Positions 15,147 through 27,039 of a DNA stretch of 64,000 bases are shown piece by piece. Position numbers and translations under genes: made by a program. The notes under the pieces are model-generated. The model was not told where the DNA came from and ran no database searches. It saw only the letters and a list, made by a program, of their open reading frames with translations. Numbering within the stretch: position 1 is the stretch's first letter; every line of letters starts with the position of its first letter. The stretch comes from Phoronis australis (Eukaryota > Animalia > Phoronida), in NCBI GenBank assembly GCA_002633005.1, contig NMRA01000182.1:475914-539913 (forward strand), in the 5' to 3' direction.

Positions 15147-16237
15147 TCTAGCGGGTCGCGATCCTCTGTTGATAGACCTTGACTGACATGTCAAACTACA
15201 ACCAGGAATCGGTCTGTAAAAAGTAGGTGAAATTACACCTAATTCAATAGCTCAAACAGAGCTGAAGGTCCATCAAGAAAAGTACCAGTTTCAGTGAAAT
15301 GGACATAAAATCAGAAGAAATTCCCAGTAGGCCTATATGGGGGCAAATGAAAGGGCAAACTACCCATGAAACTTTTAAGTTGGCAAACACATCTTGCATG
15401 GTATTCTTGGCTTCTTTCCTGTTCTAACTCCCCACCAGAAATTTCCATGGAACAGGCGTTCATTTAGCCATGTTAACGCTTGACCTCAAGCCTTCTATCG
15501 GGTACTATGTTTTCGTATCCCAACCAATTCCACTATTTGGGCACAAAGAATTTTTTGTTTTCACGATTAATGATGTGTATACATTGTCAATTTGTCCTGA
15601 AACAACAGGTATACCAGAAATCAAAATCTCATTTTTAAACAATTTTCATATATTTACAGTTAGCTGAAATACCTGTTGCTTGATTATAAATAAAAAAGTA
15701 GATCACGTTTTTCTCTCAGCCATAGTGAAAATAAGTGCATTTTTGCAAATCTACCTAAAAGCAAAGAAGGATAGATGTTTTTTAAAAACTGCCAAGAACA
15801 TCGAAAATCGAAAGGGCATGAAATGATTTGCCACATATTTGAAGTCGTTTCAAATAACTCGGACATTCAGCATATGAAAGAATTGCCAAAGGTGGTTATA
15901 AATGTACACCATATAACAACAATAAACAATAAAAAACTGATATGGCACAAAAGTTTGACAATTCTTAGAAAGAAAATTGTTAAAAGCTTGCCTAGTTTCA
16001 CATTAATGCATAGCCTTGTGTAAAAATGTGCGAGTTAAAGTGTGGTGACTGAACTTTTTTGAGAACTGGCGACAAGTAAGGTCATTGGTGAAAAAGTCTC
16101 TCCGTCACCAACATTCAGTGTTCAATCATCTAATTATTCTGAAGTCCTAGTGGCTGCAGATTAGTCAGCACAAACTTATGAGATTTTTATCAGAATAGCC
16201 AGGTAATCCACCAGACAAAGTTTTATTTATTTCAAGC

Positions 16238-16296
16238 AGGCGTGTTCAAGGTCATAGGCGTGTTCAAGGTCATAGGCGTGTTCAAGGTCATAGGCG
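16238..16296 (+). repeat. 18-bp tandem repeat, 3.3 copies (AGGCGTGTTCAAGGTCAT)
   Basis: Three perfect copies plus AGGCG; each copy contains TCAAGGTCA. Confidence 0.95.
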
Positions 16297-17655
16297 CAAT
16301 GTTCAGTTTGTAATAAAGCAATAATAGTAACATTGTAATACTGTGGAGACACAGTTAAGAAATCTTTCTGTTTGTATCAATGATCTGTTGAAAATCTGCA
16401 CTTGACACCAGTTGACATGAGTGGCGGTTATCATAACTCTACTGTTGCGATGCCCCTTGGTTTTGTCTCTCACACACTCAATCATTTATTGCGTGATTTT
16501 GTCCTGCGTGTGATGAACGATTTCGCTTTTCTTTTCTTGCTGCATCTAATTAGATAGTGAATCGGTTAATTGGCAATCTTTGTACGCTGTCAACAGCAAT
16601 GAGTTGGCCTCTAGTAAAAAAATTACAGAGCTTTCTAACAAAAACCTGGACTATCTATAAAATCAAGGGACATGTGAGAGATAATAGGCAATGTAAGATT
16701 GAGAAAAATGTCTTTGACACGTACCATAATCGCACAAAATGTTGAAGAGATGCCTCGCCATTTTTTCCTTTAGAATTTCTCTACTGATGAATGTGCTCGA
16801 CTTGAGACTCATACGCTGCTGTTCATAGCAATAGGGGTGCCAGTAAGTCCAGGAGCAGAGTTCACAACTTCCCATCATTGAAATATCAACAGGTACTGTT
16901 TAAAGTCATTGCTGGTTAGGCAAATCTATTTAAACACAGTTTCATGGTAATCTTGTGCTTAACGCCCCATTAAGGGGATACTAATGGACATTCTGAGGCC
17001 TGCCATTGGTTGATGCATGCCACGGCTTGCCTCTTGACTCGTGCTTGGTAAGCAGGCTGCTATGAGTGGTTTAAGCCAGTAATACTGGTTTAATCTGAGT
17101 CGAAATCTGATGATTATGGATTACTAAGATTTCCACTGCTAATAGGGACTGACATTTTTTCAAGATAAAAGTTAATTACTGTGCTCTCAGACCATACCTG
17201 GGTTGGAAATACTTCTGTTTGTGATTATTCAAGTGTCGCAATTAAGGTCATCATGATGCATTCTAATTTCAGAATTGTTTTCAAATTGGATGATTTAATA
17301 TCTTTGTTTCTGCTCTGCTTGAAATGTTTTCCTAGTTTTTAACTTTGCCATGAAATTACAAATGTACACCATGCTACTTTAAAGGGCTTATAAAGTTGTG
17401 GGTTCTGCCAAAATAAATTGTTTTTGGACACTTACTGAACTAAAATAAATCTCAGATTAGACATTTTTCACCTGGCTCAAGAGTAACGGCTTTAGACCCA
17501 GCTATAAACTCACCTTCCATCACAAAAATCAACTTTTAATTTAGACCACTGACTGTTATGGAATTGAGTAACTTGTTCCTTGGTCAAAATAGATAGGATT
17601 TCTGGAGTTGGAAGAAATGGACATTTCTTTATTACTTGAGACTTCTCGTCTAAAA

Positions 17656-18185
17656 GCCCTTTCATACTAACTTAACTCCAGTATGAGCGGAGTGTCGATG
17701 TAAACTGTGAAGTTAGTTGAACAGTTCATCATAGCTGTGGTAGATAACGGAATTGGAATAAACAGTAGGTGACGCTGCCGTCGTCGAAGTAATCACAAGG
17801 TGGCACTTGAGCTAGTCTGAGAAATGGCGACTTTTCATCCTGTGGGCATTAAGATTTTTTTATCTGACAAGTTGAGAACATTTACGTGGGATAGTTGATA
17901 TAAACTTTTTTAATTCGACTGGGATTTAATTAAGTAAAATAATAACATAGTAGCGACGACGCTGCTCTTGGTTGATGATAGCAGTGGCCCCTGGCGATAA
18001 CTTTGATGAGACTGAAGATGACTGTTCATACCATGCTGAAGCGTTGCTGCTCTACTGTTAAATCTATTGTTTACGCAAAGGTTAACTGGCACTCTTAACT
18101 TTGATCCAGGACCTAAGTAAACCTTTCATACTGATCGCAACTAACCAAAACATCGAGGTATTGATATTACCTAGTATGAAAGGGC
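17656..18185. mobile_element. MITE with 14-bp TIRs, PIF/Harbinger-like
   Basis: GCCCTTTCATACTA (17656-17669) and TAGTATGAAAGGGC (18172-18185) are perfect inverted repeats, with TAA near both ends. A second copy occurs at 2.0-2.5 kb. The superfamily call rests on terminal sequence only. Confidence 0.75.
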
Positions 18186-20792
18186 CTAAAGAACAATTTG
18201 AGATTAAATTTATGATGTTAAGTGGTCTGAATAGAAAGTAAGTTTGCTAGACAAGTTGCGGTTTATACCCATAACCTCGCAATCGATGAGGTTTTACGAT
18301 AGTTGCTAAGTTGCTTGTGAGAGTGGGTTAGTTTCAGTTGCTAAATTAGCATGACCCTCCAGTGAATACCTGACGATTTATGTAACCAATGTTGCATTGG
18401 AAGAGCAAATATGCCTGTGAAGGTAGTGAGTGTTTTTAAAACCAGATCACGGTTACAATATATTTTAAACCATCCATGGCCTAGCGAATTTGGTAAAATT
18501 TATTGAGTGGATGGAAGTGGGGCATGAGCATTTTATTTCAAACATGTGACTCTTTAACATTGTGAGAGGATGAAAGTGACTGTCGCTTGACTTAATTTCA
18601 AATGCTGTTGCGCAAGAGCAGTCATTTTGAGACCTTGGACATTTTGCGTGAATTATTTGACTATCCTTCATTACAATGCTGATACTTTGATGACACGATT
18701 GTTGTGAAGAATTAAAAAATGGCGGGAAATCCCACTGCATCAAATCTTCATTTAGACCGTTGTACGCTGTCCACTGACTACTCAATCCCTTTTTAGTGAC
18801 GCCTGTGGCCATAGACAATTCACTGTTATACAGAGAGTTGTTGTTGGTTATCTTCAGAACACCAGTGTGCTGTCAATAATGAGTGTATGGTAGCCTTACT
18901 ATGGAACATTTTTCTCTCCTTCCGTGGTTTTCTCCATAGCACTGACCCAATTTTTGTTGTACCCACAAGAATGCGATTTTCCCTGTCCTCACAGACACTT
19001 ACCTTTTTGTGAAAAGTAACCCTCCTCATAGTCAATGGTTATTCTGTTGAAATCACAGTAAGCCTGTCTTGTGACCCACTGAAGACCTTTGAGTCATCAG
19101 CCTGGTGTAAGACATATGTACATTGCAGTGGATGGTGATGTCAGATGATGACAAACCACACGGACTGCAGGCATGCCTTACTGGCAGGTGTCCACCAGAT
19201 GGCGCTGGTGAAAGAAGCTAATATAATTAGACCTACAACCACTGGAGATCTGGGGGATGTGGAAGTTATGAATGATTTGCGCAGGTCTAAACCATAGTTC
19301 AGCATTTTTATGATAAAGGATATTAGCCTAGTTAGATTTAATATGATTTTATTGAGAATGAAAGCCATTGATAACAGCTTTAAATGTACAACCGGCCAGC
19401 ATGGTGCTGTACCAGTAGACATAAGAACCTTTTGAGACAGCAATATCACAAGACTTTCCTTGTCTGCAATTACAAGCAAAGCACGTGTTTACAGTAACTT
19501 TACTCATGTCTTGGCTTTTTTCTCTCTGTGGCTAAGTATGTTACTGCGAAACCCTAGGAATGTTTCTAAGCGTGATGTCATGTTGACGTCACACTGGGTC
19601 CAAAACGTCATGACGTCAAAATTATGACATTTTGGACCCAATGTGACGGCATGTCTATTCTTATTTCCGTGTCCTAATTGTGTCATCTACTGTCGTGAAA
19701 TGTCATCACTAAACTTCTGAATATTCATATAAACTCTTTTGCACTACCATAAAGACCATGCAGCTTGTTTATGTGTTGACAACTGGTCCCGTTTAAAATA
19801 CTTGTTGAAGTCCTTGTGTTTTTTCTCAATTGCTATTACTTTGCATTTAATGAGTTAACGTTTCATTGAATACGTGCCAACATCTACCATTTTGTATTGG
19901 TTATCCTACGTTAAGTTTCACTCTCATAGTGTTTTCTTGGTTTCATCATGGGTTTCACATACAGGTGGAAACAGCTACTTTTAGATATAGGCACAGATCC
20001 ATATATGGGCAAATGGGCCTACATATGCGAATATACAAAAGGACGCCACTTATTAACAGAAAAAGAGGGTTAAATTTTGTTTGTTGCATTACGTGATGAC
20101 TTGCCTGGAGAGAGGTTCTTTGTACTTTACCAGTAGTACAGAAACCATCGATAACAATTCACTTTAAAATTGCTACATATCTTCCCTGAACCATTTGATT
20201 TTGTTGTTATTCGTTCTGGCTGACAGATATGCACTGGGTGAAACAGTGGCACTATTTTAGAGGTGTTTGTACCTGGCACTGGATCTGTTTACGGGCAGTA
20301 TGACACAGATTCCTTCAAGCGTTGAGGGCTTCAGCACTTTATGCATTTTTGTACAATTTGTGTGTGTTGAAGTACTCTACACACAGATTAAATGCTTGAA
20401 CTAGTCAGTCACAGCTTCTCACCATTAATTAGGGTACACCTGGCAGGGATAATAAATTTTCAACAGATTTTTCATTCTGGTTTGATAGGAGCAGAGTTTT
20501 AATGCACCATGTGTTGCACTGTTACCGTTTTTACAAAAATGTGATTATCTGCTTTATATTGATTGATATGTTAGGTGAAATAACATCTGACCAATTGAGG
20601 ACTCGATATGGCAGACAATTTCATTCTCTCATTTTTCGTAAAAGGTCTGATTAATGTGCATGATGAAATCTCACCTGACCAATTTAGTTTGCAATTGGTT
20701 TTCCTCGTTTTTCATAAGTGATATGTTGCTCCAAATATTTGTTTTTCTATGTTCAAGTTCTGTACCCTAGCTGCCATCATTGAAAAAAAAAA

Positions 20793-21047
20793 CTGGGTGT
20801 TAAAAAACAATACTAGGAGTCCTTAGAAATGAAAACGGGAAATTTCCTCAATTATCTTCGTCCAAAATTTTTTAGATTTTATTGAGTCAGTGTTTCTGAT
20901 ATTACGGCTTACAGGAGTTTCTAATCCAGTCTTGTAAAATATGGGAGTACACTTAAAGAAATACCGTGTTCGATTTTGAACGCTTCCATAGGATTAGTAA
21001 TAGCAAAATACGCACAGACGTCCAGTTACTTTTTCCTACACCCTGTA
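20793..21047. mobile_element. Degraded Tc1/mariner-like MITE remnant
   Basis: Right end ...cctacaccctg|TA (CAGGGTGT-type terminus plus TA), with a weak left counterpart ctgggtgttaaaaaac. Confidence 0.3.
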
Positions 21048-23895
21048 TAAATCTGATTGCAATGACTGTATATGCATACCTTGTTACCAAGTCTATCACA
21101 AAATCAATGTAATTTACTAATGACTTCCTTAAGTCACTCAGGGTTGGCACCTGTTTAACCAGAAGTTGTGGGATCTTGCAATCATTTGCTATATACCTTA
21201 CCATGGGCTTACCATATTGCTTGTGGTCTAGTTGATGCTATCAAGTACTTACCTCCATGCGGAGTACAGCCTCCTTCTTCCTACACAAGTCTCCCTCACC
21301 ACCTAAACCTCAATATCCAGGCACTTACAGCAATTATTCACCTATGTAACACACAACATGGCGGACAAGTGGAATTTTATTCTGTCCAATTTCTTAACAA
21401 AAACACAGATTAAGAAAATTGTAGTCTTTTATTAGCTTGGCTTATACCAAACAGACGTCATATACGTAACCGCATTTGCTAAAATTCACATTATCTGTAG
21501 TATGGTAAAAAGCATTAAAACAGTAGAAAACGACATCTTTGGCAATTATTTTCGTGTGAAATAAGTGTACAATTACCTTAACATACTGACTGATGTTTGT
21601 CGGTAAAAGAGCTTGGAATATGCACCATGCTCTTGTGAAAAAATGATAAAAAAATTGGGTGTGACATTTAAGAACAGGGTGTCCCAAAATGTATTTAGGC
21701 TTAAGTACAGCTCCAGGAGTTCAGTTTCAGGTCCTTTGGATCAGACTGTGTACGGTTACACATTGCTGTGAAAGTAGGCGGGTGAGTTATCGTGTGCTCT
21801 GTTCACATGGGAGTGGTAAACAGACGACCTAGTTTTAGAGAGCAAAAATTTATGGCGCAATGCAAAGACAGTTCATCCTTCCAAGCTAATAAACAATCTC
21901 TTAATGATTTGATTCCATTTTTGATCACCTGTTTACGAATTAAACTGATGATGTTGTTCATATTGTACTGTTCTCACTGTGAGTCGCAAGAGAATACATT
22001 AGGTTATTCCTGCAACGAGTTGTCGTGCTAGATTGAAAGTAGTGTGGACCCTGGACGAGTTGACACGTGTGACAACTTACCCCATCTTATCGAGGGTAAC
22101 TTGTCTCGCTGCAAGTAGTGCCCACACAGACAAGGCGGAAGTAATTACCAGCTGCGCACTTCCGTAGTTAATCACATAGGGGCGTCTAATAATTTTTATC
22201 GCGCCATAGTATTTGTCAAATGGTGTAGGGTGTGAGCAGTCCGCTGGAGGCAAGCTGCTGTAGGGCAAGGTGTCCTGGAGTTACTTGCAGTGTGGACAGG
22301 ACTTAAGAGTGAAGTACGGCTCACAGCAGGCAAAAATGCCCAGAGGGGTGATAAACCCAATGTCACCGATTTGAACCATACTATGCATTTTAGTTACCTT
22401 TGGGATGATAAACAAAACAGTAAAGTCCAATCTCATTTTACCTTGCTTAAGGGGGAGAAATCAGGGAGCCTCTATTTTGGGGGTATGCCATGCAATGAAC
22501 TCGTCGAAAATGCCTTATTTGCACTGCACAATAAAAAATATCGGCGCACGAGATCATTATTTGTTTGTAATTTTTAAATAAAGCAAGTCTTCGGCTTTAC
22601 AAAGATGTTAAACAATGCTCATTAACTCTGCCGCTAAGTTAAAAATTTCAGGCATAAAGTATAGAGGGGTCAGAGGTTAACAAGGCATTGCAATTTTGCC
22701 ACACTTTGAGCCCGTATATCTCAGCTGGCACAACACTGATGAACACCAGACTTTTACACCAGACGTTTCTATCTTATTGCTGTTGATTAATACAATAAAA
22801 TTTTCTGGCGCTGAACATTTTTCTATACGAATTGCAAGATTGCGACAACCACCTGAGTAGAACTTACCTTCAATACCGATACCTGTTTGGAACATTACAG
22901 CACCAGTAAAGTGCATAGTTTTGATTCAAAAGTTGATTTATCAATAATTACTTATGTGTCATTAAGTCAGGCGCAATTGTTTAAGGTATTTTTCCTTTTT
23001 AATTAAAATTCCGCGTTTTTTGTGAACCCAGTGTCCAACAACAGGTGTCACTTTAGTGGTGGCAAAATGGTTCCGGTTGGCGAATCCTGACTTTCTGTGT
23101 TATCTGCTAGTATGATGGAGTGTGATGAGGTGTATGGAAGCTCAAAAGAATGTCCTCTGCACATATGTGAAATATTGATGCGGCATAAAGTGAGTAGCAA
23201 ACCACCGCACCTACAGACTGTGCGGCAACTGATTTTGGCAAGAGTCGGACAATTTACATATGCGTGTTCACCGGACCCGTGTCACGCCTGTGTGACTGCG
23301 TCCAAGGCAAGGACAAGAAACCGGGCTCATCTTGGAATTCTGTGGAAACCATGTAGACTCTGCAAACACCCATTTCATTAGTGGTAGCTCGCGTGCCAAG
23401 CCTGAAGTGGGGATGCTGGTTGAAATGTCTAAAGTCAATTTACTTTCACAGGAACTCAACAATGTCAATGCATTTGTGTTCTTTCCTGTTGGATCTGGTG
23501 AGTACTACTACTGCTTTGTTTGAATTTGAGGTTATCACGATAGCATTGTAGCGGTAATAGTCAGTTTTGTGGATACATGATTCGAGAACCAGTTAGCACC
23601 GCTAGAAACAACAGATGTTATTCTAATACAGTACCCTGCAATGCAAGTTACTGGTCCCTCCTTTCAGGAAGATCACAAACTGTGTGACCATGCATGTACC
23701 ACAAAAATGTACTTGTTTTTGAACATGTAGTAGAGACAGAGCTTTGTACACACTGATGAAATTTAGTAGTCCTATGCCTGCATCACTGTAAACAACTGAT
23801 TAACAGTCTTGTGTTCCTAAGGGCAAATCAGTGATATACCTGCCCTGTCGCCGTTGTTGGAGTCTAGGCTAGCCTAGAGCTATTCAGTCCACTTA

Positions 23896-24306
23896 NNNNN
23901 NNNNNNNNNNNNNNNNNNNNNNNNNNNNNNNNNNNNNNNNNNNNNNNNNNNNNNNNNNNNNNNNNNNNNNNNNNNNNNNNNNNNNNNNNNNNNNNNNNNN
24001 NNNNNNNNNNNNNNNNNNNNNNNNNNNNNNNNNNNNNNNNNNNNNNNNNNNNNNNNNNNNNNNNNNNNNNNNNNNNNNNNNNNNNNNNNNNNNNNNNNNN
24101 NNNNNNNNNNNNNNNNNNNNNNNNNNNNNNNNNNNNNNNNNNNNNNNNNNNNNNNNNNNNNNNNNNNNNNNNNNNNNNNNNNNNNNNNNNNNNNNNNNNN
24201 NNNNNNNNNNNNNNNNNNNNNNNNNNNNNNNNNNNNNNNNNNNNNNNNNNNNNNNNNNNNNNNNNNNNNNNNNNNNNNNNNNNNNNNNNNNNNNNNNNNN
24301 NNNNNN
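23896..24306. other. Assembly gap (411 N)
   Basis: Run of N characters. Confidence 1.
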
Positions 24307-26247
24307 AAAGCAGCCTTTATCATCCTCACTTCTTTCACATGACCTCTGCAGTGGATCATGCTTCCAACATGAGGCATTTATGTATTCAAGTAACAGCTGA
24401 TCACCTGGAACAGGATACATGTACGTTTGCCCTCTGGAGGACTGGGAAGTAATATGAATTCACTCTTTAGACTTCTCACAACTAGTCACACACACTTATT
24501 CAAGTACGTTCCTCTGTGCCTCCCACTGCTCAGGTGAAATATCTTCTCACTGGTAGCTGGTTCCATGTTGTCAGCCCCCATTGCTACTCGAAAGTCTCCC
24601 ATTTTTCACTTGTGTCAATCACAGCAAAATGCGCGCAGATAACAAAATGATAACATTAGCCAGCCATACCACTTCAAAAGTGAAGTTATTGTGACATTGG
24701 CGGCTATATAACGTCCACGGAATGGCTCTGACCAGTGGTTTTGTATTTGCCTTGCCTGTAATTGCCAATGAATCTTTCACCTTGACACTGTCCTTCGCTT
24801 TCAACGCCCTGCATCAAAACCACTTGAAAATTCTTAAAGAAATGTTTGTTCAGACACACTCCACAGCTAACCCACAGTAAGCATCTTTGAAAACAGGACA
24901 ATCACAGATAAAACCATAAATAAATGATCTTGTTCATACAACACTGTAAGATTTGGAACGTCGCAAGTGGGGAGAGGGCAACACGATTTTTGAAGAAAAA
25001 TGTTATGAAAATGATTTGTCGGCGTTTTTTTTTGTTTTGTTTTTAGCCGTGCAAATAAGATTACTGAGCTTTGTAAAACCAGTGAGATTTGAATTTCGAC
25101 TCTCGCAAAAGGTGTCCTGCCAAAACTACTGCTATTTGCGTAGTAAGTATCCTAATTCCATGACTACGAGCACTTATTAGAAATAAAGTAGTGTAACATC
25201 GGTGCCTAGAAAATACGAAATTTGATGAATGATAAATTGATTCGCCGTTTGCTGGCCAACTATTAACAAATGTTCACTTTTTGTTGACGTTTGTCGGCAT
25301 TACTCATTGTGGTGAAATGGCGTAACCACCAGTCATTTTTTACTTCAAATGACATGAAATCTGTTCGCGCCAGGAAATTTTTTTGTCTTATTTTGTAGAC
25401 CTAAAATAGCTCAACACACTGGTTGGCACTAAAATGTTTTGAAACCTGTGCCAGTTGAGATATCGGGATACGAATTTAGCCAATTTTGACAGTTTCAAAA
25501 ATCACTAAAAGTACTCATCTTATGCGGCTCTAAAAACAGACAAAAAATTATCGAAATATTTTAAATTTTCAGGAATAAAGTAGTCGAAGGTCACACCTGA
25601 TCAATAACACAGGTTCAATGTTTCAACGTTACTTCCACTGCGTAACGTAACTGTCGGAATTTTACTAAAACTTAACTGCCGCCAGGCTGAAAACTTGTCG
25701 GAAACAAATAGTATCCATGGAAACCAAAGGGGGCGTTTTGAAAAAAAATAAAGGTGGTCTGGAGTCAGTGGGGCCAGTGTCATATCACAGACAAAATATA
25801 AAGAGAATCTGTGACATAGCGTTTATCACCCTCTGCCTGGTCCATTCGCGAACATGCTCTTAAGTCGATAAACAATGAAGATATCGTCATTTGAAGAACA
25901 AGTACATTTTTGGGATGAAGGAACATGTACAACAGACCTGTTTGATATCTTCAGCCTACTATGTCCTACTAAAATATGTCTTACTGTAACCAAAATGTTC
26001 CATTTCCTTACAGGGATAATATGAGCAGCGCGCCCCGCGTCATTGGTGCAAAATTTATTTTGTTGATGCACTGTGATTGCTTAATTCAGGCTCACAAGAG
26101 ACCCATTAAAATTGGAAGTGAAAAAGGACAAAAACTATCATGGCCATTCATCCATACCCTCATTTTTCTAAAATGATCAGTGCTGCATGTTGCATAATTC
26201 AATTTCGTTTAATATTAAAATGAAAAGCAAGGACTGTGTTACTAACT

Positions 26248-26456
26248 GTAGTAGTACCGTGTAGTAGTAGTAGTTGTAGTAGTTCTAGTAGTAGTAGTAG
26301 TAGTTGTAGTAGTTGTAGTAGTAGTTGTAGTAGTTGTAGTAGTAGTAGTAGTAGTTGTAGTAGTTGTAGTAGTAGTAGTAGTAGTTGTAGTAGTTGTAGT
26401 AGTTGTAGTAGTAGTTGTAGTAGTTGTAGTAGTAGTAGTAGTAGTTGTAGTAGTTG
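26248..26456 (+). repeat. Compound (GTA)n/(GTT) trinucleotide microsatellite
   Basis: About 200 bp of gtagtagttgtagtagt...; source of the poly-Ser/Cys and poly-Thr ORFs. Confidence 0.98.
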
Positions 26457-26995
26457 GATAATTCATTTCATCCAAGGTACAAATGTGAGAAAATAATACA
26501 TGAATCTAATGTTGTTAATGTCTGTCTAACATAGTTGAACGGAAGCTGCAAAAAGTTTCGCGTAATGCCTGTTTGTTGTTTTAACAAAATCAATGCTCAG
26601 TTTTATCTGTGCCCATAAATTAAATAGCGGTGGCATGATGAACTGGTCTGTTGCTATATGGCCATAGAGTCTTTCGTGGCTCTATGATGAGGATTTAACC
26701 CAGTGGGAGTTAATTGCATTTTTTTATATTATTCTCTGCATTCATTGTGTTGCCAGATTCCCACTGTTGTGCAGTAGAATATTCAAATGATTTTCCCCAA
26801 AATTCTGCTAAATGCCGCGCGATAGAGAAATAATTGCCTTTTACTTGCACCATCTCGACTTGCCTTGCAAACTGGAATTTGAAATTGTGTCGAGCAAAAG
26901 TTGATTTCGTGCCCTCACACTGGTGAAGAAGAGTTGTATGATTGATGTTATCTGTTCTGTTTGACTTTTCTTTGCAGGACCAAAATAGTGAAACA

Positions 26996-27039
26996 ATGTC
27001 AGCCTCAGGATGGTTCACAACAGAGATCCAAAACATGAT
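26996..27039 (+). CDS. Supt3h: Supt3h/SPT3 (SAGA complex subunit), first conserved coding exon (whole exon 26978-27039)
   Basis: Acceptor ttttctttgcag|GAC, then ATG TCA GCC TCA GGA TGG TTC ACA ACA GAG ATC CAA AAC ATG AT|gtaagt = MSASGWFTTEIQNM(M). This matches the SPT3 N-terminal motif (human SFATELQSMM) with a phase-2 intron in the second Met codon. Divergent orientation to Runx fits the known Runx-Supt3h linkage. Confidence 0.85.

Noticed and set aside
21731-21787. 51-nt exon-like segment with ag/gtgagt boundaries
   Set aside because: No homology and a short pyrimidine tract; chance splice-like sites are common in long introns.
22622-22680. ttaactctg...cagaggttaa possible piggyBac-like mini element
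   Set aside because: Inverted repeat is too short and imperfect to distinguish from chance.
23880-24420. 165-aa and 175-aa ORFs
   Set aside because: Artefacts of the N gap.
26236-26496. Poly-Ser/Cys and poly-Thr ORFs
   Set aside because: Translations of a (GTA)n microsatellite.
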